DNA from: an uncultured Myxococcales bacterium
Lineage (GTDB): Bacteria > Myxococcota > Kuafuiibacteriia > Kuafuiibacteriales > Kuafuiibacteriaceae
Direction: 5' to 3'
Assembly: GCA_964463485.1 (NCBI GenBank)
Contig: CAYXDO010000015.1
Location: forward strand, 34,259-98,258
DNA length: 64,000 nt
Numbering within the stretch: the stretch's first letter is position 1; every line of letters starts with the position of its first letter. Positions 16,267 to 26,000 of this stretch are shown here, in pieces. The notes under the pieces were generated by a model that saw only the letters and a program-made list of their open reading frames with translations, was not told where the DNA came from and did not search any database. Made by a program: the position numbers and the translations under genes.

Positions 16267-17729
16267 AACGGCTCCCGCTGGCAGACCGGGTCACTCGCGC
16301 GTTGCTGGTGATGTCACTGGTCGTGCTGGTCGGCCGGGTGCTCAGCGTGCCGGGCCCCTTCGGTGCCAACGACGTCTCCAGATGGGCCACCATTCGGTCC
16401 TTGGTCGACTTCTCGACGTTCGCAGTCGGTCAGCGCATTCGGGCGCCGGACGGAAGACTGGTCGAAGACAAGCCTCAGGGGACCATCGATCTCGTGTTGG
16501 ATCCGAGGACTGGATTCTTCTACTCGAGCAAGCCTCCCCTCCTCTCGACGATCATGGCCGCGGAGTACTGGGCGCTCCATCGCGCCCTGGATTGGCGCAT
16601 CGATACTCATGAGCCTCAGATCATGAAGGTTCTGCTTCTGACGTTCAACGTCACGGCGCTCACGACCTATCTCCTCGTCTTCGCGAGATTTCTCGAAGAT
16701 TTGAAGATCGTAGGTTGGAGTCGGGCGGTGCTCATCGGGCTCGCGGGGCTCGGAACCTTCGTCACGACCTTCGCCACGTCGATCACGAATCATGTCCCCG
16801 CCGCCGTATCGACATTGCTCTCTGCATACTGCTTCCGCAACGCCTGGGTTGGCGGAGCGCGGTTGGCTTATTTCGGGGCGGGTCTCTTCGCTGGCGTCGC
16901 CGCGAGCCTGGAGATACCAGCCGTGATTTTTTTGGGCGTCGTCGGGATCGTTCTCGTCGTCAGGAGTCCGCTGCGAACGTTTGGGCTATACTTCCCGGCG
17001 GCCTTGATTCCGATGGGGGGGTTTTGGCTCACGAACAGCCTGTCGTTTGGCGACCCTTTCTTCTTCTACCGACATCCGAAAGACTGGTTTGCGTACCCGG
17101 GTGGGTACTGGGACGCGCCGAGCGGCGTCGATCTCTTCGACAAGGGCCCGGTCGAATACTCGTTTCATTATCTCCTCGGACACCATGGGATCATCTCGCT
17201 CACACCCATGTTTTTCTTGGCGATCGTGGGTCTGGTCCGGACCAACCAAGCCATTCCGCGAGCTCGGTCTTGGATGGTCGCCGGGCTGATGTGCCCGGCC
17301 CTGGTCGGACTTTTGGCCCTGGGTCGCGTCGACGTGCCCGTGCCGACGGTCGTATCGATGGCGCCTTCCCTCCTGGTTGCCGGGCTCTGCTTCGTCTTGC
17401 CATGGAGATGGTTCGAGCGGGCCGGCGCGGATCCGGCAGGGTTCGATCGAGCCTTCTCGCGAGTCACGATCGCCTGCAGCCTCGTCGTCGCTTCGTTCTA
17501 CGTCTCTGGCACCTCGAACTACGGCGGGATCGCGGCCGGACCCCGCTGGTTCATGTGGCTCATGCCGCTGTGGATTGTATTCATGGGCTCGGGGACCGCG
17601 GAGTTGCTCGACTCCAAGCGGGGCCGATTCGTGCTCTCGGCGCTCCTCGCATTCTCTGCCTACTCGGCGCTCAGCCCAGGTGTGAGTGCGTGGACCAATC
17701 CCTGGATCTACTCCTTTTTCTTCCGGTGA
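16263..17729 (+). CDS. Polytopic membrane protein with at least 10 predicted TM segments. Putative GT-C-type glycosyltransferase or glycan polymerase.
   Basis: Highly hydrophobic 480-490-aa ORF. A candidate TTG start at 16263 overlaps the GT2 stop (TTGA). Follows polyprenyl-P GT2, ABC exporter and GT2 in one coupled run. Confidence 0.5.
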   Translation: MKRLPLADRVTRALLVMSLVVLVGRVLSVPGPFGANDVSRWATIRSLVDFSTFAVGQRIRAPDGRLVEDKPQGTIDLVLDPRTGFFYSSKPPLLSTIMAAEYWALHRALDWRIDTHEPQIMKVLLLTFNVTALTTYLLVFARFLEDLKIVGWSRAVLIGLAGLGTFVTTFATSITNHVPAAVSTLLSAYCFRNAWVGGARLAYFGAGLFAGVAASLEIPAVIFLGVVGIVLVVRSPLRTFGLYFPAALIPMGGFWLTNSLSFGDPFFFYRHPKDWFAYPGGYWDAPSGVDLFDKGPVEYSFHYLLGHHGIISLTPMFFLAIVGLVRTNQAIPRARSWMVAGLMCPALVGLLALGRVDVPVPTVVSMAPSLLVAGLCFVLPWRWFERAGADPAGFDRAFSRVTIACSLVVASFYVSGTSNYGGIAAGPRWFMWLMPLWIVFMGSGTAELLDSKRGRFVLSALLAFSAYSALSPGVSAWTNPWIYSFFFR

Positions 17730-20110
17730 ACCTCGAGCGTTCCAAATGGAATCACCGCCAGGCCCAAGTAGATCGCTGCGCCGAGCGCAATGGCCACGTC
17801 GAACCCGAGCGCATGCGAGATCGGGAGGTTGAATCCCGCAGCGAGTACAGCTGCCACTGAGTTTACGGCGAGGGCCCACGGGACGAGGCTCGAGTCGGAC
17901 GCGGACAGCGCGCTCAGGCCCCGTGGAAAAACGAGGCCGAGACCGAAACCGGCCGGCGCGAGCGCGACCACACACCCGAGCATGCGCAGCGCAACCTCCG
18001 ATCCGAGGAGGGTTGCCTTGGCGAGGTCGAGCGCGAAGAGCGAACCCAAAGAGCCCAGAGCGGCCAAGACGAGCGCGCCCCTGATTCCACGACCCGCGGC
18101 CCTGGTCGACCATCTACTGCCCAGCCCGGTAAAGACGATCAGGCCGCCGAGGCCAACGGCCAAGCTCTGACCAGGCCGCCCGACCAAGAGCTCGAGCTTT
18201 TGGAGGAGTCCGAGCTCGACCATCATGAACCCGCTCCCGGCGCCGAAGAACAGAAGCAGAAACTTCACCCGCTCGGAAACGTGGGCGCGAGAAGTTTCCT
18301 CCGCGCGGCGAATGCCGCGAAACCGTCGCAGGAGCAGAGGACCCAAGATGAGTATGACGGCGACCCCCGCGAACGCGGCGAGCGCCTCGCGGCGTCGGAC
18401 TTTGTGCTCGAAGTCCGCCCGAAAACCCAGCCGGTCCAATTCGGTTGGAAGTCTCGGCCACAAATACGCCGACGGTGGGAGCAAATCATAGACGAACGGA
18501 CGTTCATCACCGTCAGGTAACAGGCGCAAGCCGAGGGGGTTCTGTTCCAACACAGAGACTGGATCGTCGGCGTGGAGCAGGTCGTAATACGGGTTTCCTG
18601 GCTGGGAATGACGGGGAGCATACAGAAATCGGCCCGACTCTCCCGCGGCGATGCGCGTCAGGTCGGCGTCCGAGAAGCCGTGCGGCTTGATCAGGATCCG
18701 TGATTGATCGTGAGGGTCCCACCAAGCACGAGTCGCGCCCGAAACCACGGCCATGGCGTCACTCGCCCGTCCGGGACCGAGGGTGGAGTCGAGGACCTCG
18801 CGCACGGTAGCGGCCAATTTGAGCTTGTTGGTGTTCAGCACGGTGAGTTGACCCCCAGGAGCGAGGTGGTCGATGAGTTGGGCAACTCCCTGGCGAGTAT
18901 ACAAGAAACCCATGGCCTCGGTCAGCACGCCTCCGAAGGCCGCATATCCGGCCCCGGTCCAGGAGACGACTATGCAATCGAACTTACGAGCGTCGCGAGC
19001 CAAAAATCCCCGAGCCTCATCGATGACGAGCTCTATGTTGGGTTTGTCGAAAAACTCCGCGAGGTGGAAGTCGGTCTGAGACCGAGGCCAGTCCACGACC
19101 TGCGGCAGCAGCTCGACGCCCGTGATCCGAGCGCGCCCGCCAAGCGCGGCGTCGATCTGAATCATGTCCCAGCCGGCTCCGGCCAAGAGGACGAGCACAG
19201 AATTTCTGGGACATGCGGCCAGCGCTAGCTCAACGGCCTCGTCTGGGTCAGAGAGACTGCCTGGGTCATAGGGAACGATCGTCGCATGACCCCGTCCCTC
19301 CTCATGCGCCATGACGTAGCGCGTGCCTCCGGCCTCCTCGATTCTCAGCGCTGCGACCCGGGTGAGTGCGGTCCAGGTGTGCCATAGCTCCGTCACGGAG
19401 CCGCTCATGGAGCGGCTGAGTTTTCGGAGATCCGGTCTAGGCTCGAACGACTCGGCGACCTTTGGAAGGAGCAGGAGGCTGGAGGACGCCGCGAGCGCCA
19501 GACACACTCCCAGGAGCTTCTGGCTCCGCGAGTAAAGCCCCGCGCAGCAGAAGGCCAAACCGACGACGAACGCGAGAGGAGGTGCGAATCCACCGAGCTC
19601 GAGCAGGGCCACGGCGAGCACACACCCCGCCGCGGCGCCGAAGAGGTCGAATGAGTAAAGGGAGGCGATTCGCTCGGGAAGAGCCGCCGAAAATACCACC
19701 GAGTGTGCGACTCCGATGAAGAAGAACGGCAGGCTCATGAGCGCTCCGATCGCCAGCGCTCCTCGCATCTCGAGCGCCGCCGACTTGGCGACCAACTCAT
19801 CCAGCGTCGCGGCAGGAAGTCCATTCAGGTGCGACTTGATGCGCGCGGCCGCGAAGAATAGAACCAAGACGGACACCGCCGCCCCGAGCATGGCCCATGC
19901 AGCTTCCTGGCCTGCCCTCGACAGAGTCGGGGGCTCCTTCCTCAAGCAAACCCAGGCTCCGGCGACCGCCGTGCCAAGCATGGCCACTGACACCGTGTAA
20001 TATACCGTCGGCGGACCAAAGACGATGCTCAGCACCCGGCTCGCCAGAATCTCGAGGAGCAGGAGCGTCGCGGAGGCGACGAACACGGACCAAGATAGCC
20101 TCACCGTCAC
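17708..20110 (-). CDS. Spermidine-synthase-like (PABS-fold) domain embedded in a polytopic membrane protein
   Basis: Central VLVLLAGAGWDMI...VELLPQVV...FDCIVVSWTGAGYA...LAPGGQLTV is a class-I/spermidine-synthase-like fold. It is flanked by N- and C-terminal multi-TM regions. Start overlaps the next gene's stop by 4 nt. Confidence 0.7.
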   Translation of the reverse strand: MTVRLSWSVFVASATLLLLEILASRVLSIVFGPPTVYYTVSVAMLGTAVAGAWVCLRKEPPTLSRAGQEAAWAMLGAAVSVLVLFFAAARIKSHLNGLPAATLDELVAKSAALEMRGALAIGALMSLPFFFIGVAHSVVFSAALPERIASLYSFDLFGAAAGCVLAVALLELGGFAPPLAFVVGLAFCCAGLYSRSQKLLGVCLALAASSSLLLLPKVAESFEPRPDLRKLSRSMSGSVTELWHTWTALTRVAALRIEEAGGTRYVMAHEEGRGHATIVPYDPGSLSDPDEAVELALAACPRNSVLVLLAGAGWDMIQIDAALGGRARITGVELLPQVVDWPRSQTDFHLAEFFDKPNIELVIDEARGFLARDARKFDCIVVSWTGAGYAAFGGVLTEAMGFLYTRQGVAQLIDHLAPGGQLTVLNTNKLKLAATVREVLDSTLGPGRASDAMAVVSGATRAWWDPHDQSRILIKPHGFSDADLTRIAAGESGRFLYAPRHSQPGNPYYDLLHADDPVSVLEQNPLGLRLLPDGDERPFVYDLLPPSAYLWPRLPTELDRLGFRADFEHKVRRREALAAFAGVAVILILGPLLLRRFRGIRRAEETSRAHVSERVKFLLLFFGAGSGFMMVELGLLQKLELLVGRPGQSLAVGLGGLIVFTGLGSRWSTRAAGRGIRGALVLAALGSLGSLFALDLAKATLLGSEVALRMLGCVVALAPAGFGLGLVFPRGLSALSASDSSLVPWALAVNSVAAVLAAGFNLPISHALGFDVAIALGAAIYLGLAVIPFGTLEVHRKKKE

Positions 20111-21504
20111 GGGTCCTCCGGGGCACTCGAAGACGGCTCATTTCGCTCCCTCAGCGGGAAGCGAGCGCTCGAGATTCCAAGCCAGGCCACGATTCCGATC
20201 AAGAGAGCATTTCGAAGGACCAAGATGGTGACCGTCGGTGCGCTCAGCGCTGGAATGAGTCCTAATTCGTCCACAAGCTCGTCTCCCAAGTGCGAAACGA
20301 AGTGCTGACGATAGACCCAGTCCGTGGCCAAATACACCAGAGTGATGAGACCCATCAGGATCGGAAGCTCGCGAGGTCGAAGGACCTCGAGCCCTACGAC
20401 GCAAGCCATGGGTACGAGCCAGATGAGGTACTGCGGAGAGAGGACCTTGGAAGCAACGACGAACCCGAGAATCGCAACCAAGAGTAAGCCCAGCTCGTTT
20501 TCGCGCCTTGCTCGCAGGGTGCACGACGCCACGATGACGCCCTGCGCGAGCAGAGAGAGCGTCGACAGGGACCCAGCGATCGAAGTCTCGAGCTCGAACG
20601 TGTGGAACGCGAGCACAGCGCGGGCGTCGAGACCGAGAGGGCGCAACATGAGTACCAAACTCGACCATACCGACTCGATCTCGAGCCCTCGCACCGCGTG
20701 GAAATGAAGAAACCTGAGCGCACCGGCTCCCGCGTCCAGATGAGGAAGAAAAGTCGCACCGATCGCAGCTCCAACGGCGACAAGGCCGATCGCCGCTCGT
20801 CTCCGGCTCGCTCTCCACCGACTCGCGAAGAGAACCGGGACGGCCGCGGCCGGAAAAATCTTCAGCGCCACGCATCCGCCCAAGGCCGCATCGGCGGCGA
20901 GGTGTCGCTGACGATTCCAGAGACACAAGAACGCGGAGATTCCTGTCAGGAGCGCCACGTCGAGTCGGTCGTAGAGGACCGACGGCACGAGAGCGGGACC
21001 GAGCGCGTATACGATGGCGCCTAGCCCCGCGCGCCGGGCCGAGTATCGAGACAGAAAGTGGAGGAACGCCACGAATCCAAGAACGTCCAGCCCGGCCATC
21101 AAAGCGCGAAACCGGTGATAGTAGACGAGCAGGACTCGGAGGCGGAGCTTGTCAGCGGGCTCGATGCGCGACCCTGCTACGGCGCCTAGAGGATAGATGT
21201 CGCGCTCATCCAGATCCACGAGCTGCCGCCGGAAATTGGGAAACCAGCCCACGAGAGTCGGATCTCTGATTTCGCGGGCCGAAATGCCCAGCGATGGCAA
21301 CGCGATCAGCCACCACGCAGGGGGTGGATATTCGACCTGGATGTCTCGATACATCGAACCGCCGAGCTTCCAAGCCACGACGCGCTCGTGGTAGCGAACC
21401 ACATCGGTGCCGCCCGTGAGCGACTCTACCTCGAGCAGAACGAACGCGCGGGTGATCACGAACAGCAGCACACCCGGCAAGAGCCAGCCTAGTCTCTTTT
21501 TCAT
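20107..21504 (-). CDS. Polytopic membrane protein, DUF2029/GT87-like (GT-C-type mannosyltransferase-like)
   Basis: N-terminal TM helix followed by RYHERVVAWKLGGSMYRDIQVEYPPPAWW (DUF2029-like eYPP region), with many TM helices after. Confidence 0.5.
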   Translation of the reverse strand: MKKRLGWLLPGVLLFVITRAFVLLEVESLTGGTDVVRYHERVVAWKLGGSMYRDIQVEYPPPAWWLIALPSLGISAREIRDPTLVGWFPNFRRQLVDLDERDIYPLGAVAGSRIEPADKLRLRVLLVYYHRFRALMAGLDVLGFVAFLHFLSRYSARRAGLGAIVYALGPALVPSVLYDRLDVALLTGISAFLCLWNRQRHLAADAALGGCVALKIFPAAAVPVLFASRWRASRRRAAIGLVAVGAAIGATFLPHLDAGAGALRFLHFHAVRGLEIESVWSSLVLMLRPLGLDARAVLAFHTFELETSIAGSLSTLSLLAQGVIVASCTLRARRENELGLLLVAILGFVVASKVLSPQYLIWLVPMACVVGLEVLRPRELPILMGLITLVYLATDWVYRQHFVSHLGDELVDELGLIPALSAPTVTILVLRNALLIGIVAWLGISSARFPLRERNEPSSSAPEDP

Positions 21505-21595
21505 AGATGTCCTGCTCTGGTCCGGACACTCGAGCGACGGTACGCTACTCCAAAGCCCAGCCGCTAGCGACTCCAGGGAGTGAGGGAGTGAGATG

Positions 21596-21695
21596 AGCTC
21601 GGTTCAGCCAGCTCTGTTCGAAGCCAGCTCGGTTCGAAGCCAGCTCTGTTCGAAGCCAGCTCCGTTCGAAGCCAGATTCGTTCGAAGCCAAGTAG
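21596..21695. repeat. Tandem array of about 6 copies of a 16-bp unit gttcgaagccagctcN, in the intergenic region upstream of the 20107..21504 gene
   Basis: Read directly: ggttcagccagctct, gttcgaagccagctcg, gttcgaagccagctct, gttcgaagccagctcc, gttcgaagccagattc, gttcgaagccaagtag. Confidence 0.8.
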
Positions 21696-21716
21696 CCGCA
21701 GGCAAGATGCCTGCGG
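21696..21716 (-). terminator. Candidate stem-loop (ccgcaggc-aagat-gcctgcgg) 26 nt downstream of the outer-membrane-factor gene stop. No clear U-tract.
   Basis: Perfect 8-bp inverted repeat with a 5-nt loop in a convergent/intergenic position. Confidence 0.3.
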
Positions 21717-21741
21717 TCCCAGGGTAGAGGAAGGAACCTAG

Positions 21742-23067
21742 TCAGGGCACTTCCGGCGGCAGTCCGGCGGAGATTTGGAGAGCCGCTCGCGCGGACGCGA
21801 GGTCGCTTTGCGCTTGGATCTGCTGCACTTCTGCGCCGAACAAGTCGCGCTCAGCTTGTATGAGATCGAGCTGCGTGGCGGCTCCGAGTTGATACCTCTT
21901 GGACGCGACCTCGCGGGCCCGCGCTACGGCTTCTACCTGCGCCTTCACGGCTTGAACCTTGGTCAGGGCGGCGTGGAGGGCCTGCCAGTCCGCGTTGATT
22001 TGGTCTCGGGCCGCCATTCGAGTCCGCTCGACCACGAGTGCCAGGATCGCCAGATTCGATCCTTGCACGTCGATACCCATGAGCGCGGGTCCGTCCAACC
22101 TCCACTGGAGATTCGCGCCCAGCGTGAACGAAGCCGAGTGGCTCGAGAACCCAGCCGAGTTGCTCACTCGCTCGGTGAATTGGGCTCCCACGATGGGTAG
22201 GAGCGCGAGCTTTGCGGCGGTCGCCAGCTTCTCTCCGCCTTCACGATCGGCCTCTGCGGCGCGCACCGCGGGCAGCGCGTCGACGTGCATTTCCAAGTCC
22301 TCGAGCCTCCCCGCGGGACTCAGATCGAGCTTGGGAAGCCTCGCCGCGGGCCCAGGGTCGTGCCCCGTGAGCGACGTCAGACTACGCCTCGAAACCGCGA
22401 CGAGTCGCTGCGCATCCGCCACACTTTGCCGATTGCGCTCTACCTCGGCCCGAGCCCGCAACAGCTCGAGCTCGGTCACCGCGCCGGCTCGTTCGCGGAT
22501 CTCCTGGAACTCGAGCTGCGCCTCGGCCGCGACGACCGAGCGCTGGGCCGAGGCCTCGAGCGCCAAAGCTGCGGCGTACCCATACCAGCCGGTCGTCACC
22601 GCACGCCGAACCTGATCCATGGTGAGCTGCTCTCGCGCCGCGAGAGCCTCCCGCGAAGCCTCCGCCGCCCCTGCCCGCATCCACCTTTGAGTATCGATCA
22701 GCGGCACGTCCACCCGCGCGGCCAGGTCGAGCTGATCGAGCGCGACCAGCGTGACCGCGTCGGGACTCAATTTCCCGGGCGGAATCTCCGACTCATACTG
22801 ATTGTGCGTCCAGCCGGCTTGAACCGACAGGCTCGGCACGAGCGCAGACCACGCCTGCTTCACCTCCAGATCACTCTTTCGGTGCTGCTCGACGGTGATT
22901 CGGCGGTCGAGGTTGCGCTCGCTCGCGGCCGTAAGCAACTGAGCCAGAGTGACCGACGGCGCCGACGAGCGACTTTCGATCGCCGTGCTCGTCGTCAGGG
23001 TCGGTCGCAAGACCTCGCCCGCCTCGGGCCCGACTTGGGTCGCGAGCGCGATGACGAGCGAGATCAT
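21742..23067 (-). CDS. Outer membrane efflux protein (TolC/OprM family, OMF)
   Basis: 441 aa with a signal-like N-terminus. Two-repeat coiled-coil/beta-barrel composition. C-terminal QAERDLFGAEVQQIQAQSDLASARAALQ is typical of OMFs. Last gene of the tetR-MFP-RND-OMF operon. Confidence 0.8.
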   Translation of the reverse strand: MISLVIALATQVGPEAGEVLRPTLTTSTAIESRSSAPSVTLAQLLTAASERNLDRRITVEQHRKSDLEVKQAWSALVPSLSVQAGWTHNQYESEIPPGKLSPDAVTLVALDQLDLAARVDVPLIDTQRWMRAGAAEASREALAAREQLTMDQVRRAVTTGWYGYAAALALEASAQRSVVAAEAQLEFQEIRERAGAVTELELLRARAEVERNRQSVADAQRLVAVSRRSLTSLTGHDPGPAARLPKLDLSPAGRLEDLEMHVDALPAVRAAEADREGGEKLATAAKLALLPIVGAQFTERVSNSAGFSSHSASFTLGANLQWRLDGPALMGIDVQGSNLAILALVVERTRMAARDQINADWQALHAALTKVQAVKAQVEAVARAREVASKRYQLGAATQLDLIQAERDLFGAEVQQIQAQSDLASARAALQISAGLPPEVP

Positions 23068-26000
23068 TTAGCCTCCGCTGCTGGGACTGACGCTTGGCGC
23101 GACTCACCCTTCATGGCGCGGATCGCTCTCCAGAGCCACTCGGACGCGTCGTCGAAGAACGAGTATGCGACGGGAACCGCCAAGAGCGTCAGCACCAACG
23201 ACATGATTTGACCTCCAACCACAACACCCGCGGTCGCGCGATTGAATCCCGAGCCGATGCCTCGCGCCGTAACGAGCGGAATCATCCCGGCCACGAAGGC
23301 GAAGGTCGTCATCAAGATCGGACGGAGGCGATCGCGATTTCCGCGAAGGATTGCTTCGTGTCGGAACCTCCAGCGAATCGACCTCTGCTCGCTCCGGTCA
23401 TTCGTCGACTGCAGCGCGGCCTCGAGCTGCGAGTTGCTCTTCTCTCGGAGCTTGTTCGTGTGATCGATCTGCAGAATCGCGTTCTTCTTGACCACGCCGA
23501 ACAGAACGAAAATGCCGAGGAAGCTGTACAGGTCGAGAGCCTGCCTGAAAACGATGACGGAGAGGATTGCGAAGGGGAGAGTCAGCGGGAGCGAAATGAG
23601 GATGGTGATTGGATGGAGCCACGAATCGAACTGGGCGGCCAAGATCAAATACATGAAGACCATCGAGGCCAAGAGCCCGAGGATGAAGGATAGGCCCGTC
23701 TCCTTCATCAGCTTGGTTTGACCCTGAGGTTTGATCGCAAATCCCTTTGGAAGGTTCTCGGCCTGAACGGCGGCGATGACGCCTTCGCCGATCGCGCCTT
23801 CATCCGCTCCGGGTTTGCCGTTCAGCATGAAGGTCACCTGGCGTTCGCGGTTGTAGCGATTGATACTCGAAGGCCCGGAACCCGGCGTGATGCGGACGAC
23901 GTCCGAGAGAGCCACGAGGCCTAGCTTCTTGGAGTTGACGGTCAGGAGCCTCAGTTTATCCTCCTGGCTCCTGTACTCATCGGAGGCTCGGAGTCTGATT
24001 TCGTACTGCTCCCCGTTGTCGGCGAACGTGGAGACTTTTTGGCCCGCAACGAGCATCTGGAGCGCCGAGGCGACGTCGACGACCTGAACGCCGAGGTCGG
24101 CGGCGCGTTCTCGATCGACGTTCACCTGAAGCTCCGGTTTGCCGTTGACCATGGTGGAGTCGACGTCGGCGGCTCCTGGGATTTGACGGATCTTCTCGAG
24201 GATGTTTTGGTTGGCGGCGGCCAGCCGTTCGAGGTCCGGGCCAGCCAGCAGGACTTGCACGCGCTGAGTTGGTTGCCCGCCGCCGAACTCGTTCACGTCC
24301 GCGATGTTAACGCGCCAATCCCTCGGTAGAGCGGGAAGTACTTTCTGGCGCACGACGTCTTTGAATTCGTTCTGGGTGATCTCGCGCTGATCTGGAGGCA
24401 CCATCTTGACGTAGATTCGAGCCTGATTGGGCGTCTTTCCTGGATCGTCCCCCACGGTCATCAGGGTCGCGGTCACCTCGGGATACTCACGGAGGATTCG
24501 AGCCACACGCTCACCCACCAGCTCGGTCGCGGCCACACTTCGACCCTCAGGCAGCCGGACGATCACTTCGAACTGGGCTCGGTCGTCGATGGGCAAGAAT
24601 CCTTTGCGCGCCGACTTCGCGAGCGGACCCATCGCGCCCAGGGCTGCGAGTGATGCAAGTACGATCACCCAACGGTGAGTCATCGAAAACTCGAGCGCGA
24701 CCATGTAGGCCCGCTCGAGCGGTCGATAGAACACATCGACGACACGCTCGAGGATCGGTCTAGCTTCGCCTCGTCGATGAGGCCGAAGGAACTGCGAAGC
24801 CAGCATGGGCGTGAGCGAGAAGCTCACGAAGAGAGAGACCGCGATCGAGAAGCTCATCGTGATTCCGAAGCTCGCGAGGAACCGACCCGGGATTCCGGCG
24901 ACGAACGCGATGGGTAAGAACACCGCGATCAGGGAGAGTGTCGTGGCCAAGACTGCCGGACCAATCTCCTTGGTGCCCACGACCGCGGCGGTCTTGGCGT
25001 CCATACCTTTTTCCTCGACCTGCTTGAAGATGTTCTCGAGCACCACGATGGCGTCGTCGATGACGATCCCCACGGCGAGCGCGAGCGCGAGCAGCGTGAT
25101 GGAATTCAGCGTATAGCCCACCAGCTTCATGACGGCGAACGTCCCGATGATCGAAGTTGGGATGGCGACGGCGGCGATGAACGTGCTCCGGAAGTTGCCG
25201 AGGAACATCAACACGACGATCGCGGCGAGGATCGCGCCCAGGATGAGGTGCTCGGTCACCGCTTCGGTTCCCGTGCGGACGACCGCCGAGCCATCGCGCT
25301 GAACGACGAGAGAGTATCCGTTCGGGAGCTCGCCCTGAATCTCCGTCATGCGAGCCCTGACCGCATCCACGACGGCCACGGTGTTGGTTCCCGACTGCTT
25401 CCGAAGCGCGAGCAGGACCGTTCGCTGACCGTTCCACCTAGCGGAGGTGGCGACGTCCTCGACGCCGTCTACGACCTCGGCCACTTCGTCCAATCGAATG
25501 GCTCGGCCGTTGACTTCCTTCACGATCACGCCTCGAAGTCCGTCGACGGACTCGACGCGACCGGCGACTCTCAGGGTCAAGTAGTCACGACTCGCGTCCA
25601 ACCGCCCGCCGGGCAAAGTCACGTTCTGGGCATTGACCGCAGCTCCGACCTCGCCAGCCGAGAGCCCGAGAGATCGCATTTTCAAGGGGTCGACCAAGAC
25701 CTGAATTTGCCGCTTTCGCCCGCCGATGAGTACGACCTGCCCAACGCCGCTGACGGACTCGAGACGCCTGCGCACGAGCCGGTCCGCGATGTCGGTCACT
25801 TCGCGTACGTCAGTCTCCCTTCCGTCTTTGGGCGGCGCGCTGAGCGCGATGTAGAGGACCGGCTGCGCGTCGGGGTCGAGCTTCTGCACGATCGGTGGGT
25901 CGATCCCCTTCGGCAACTCGGCCAAGACGGCGTTCACCTTCTGCTGGACCTCTTGGGCCGCGGTGTCGATGTTCTTCTCGAGGAGGAACTGAATGACGAC

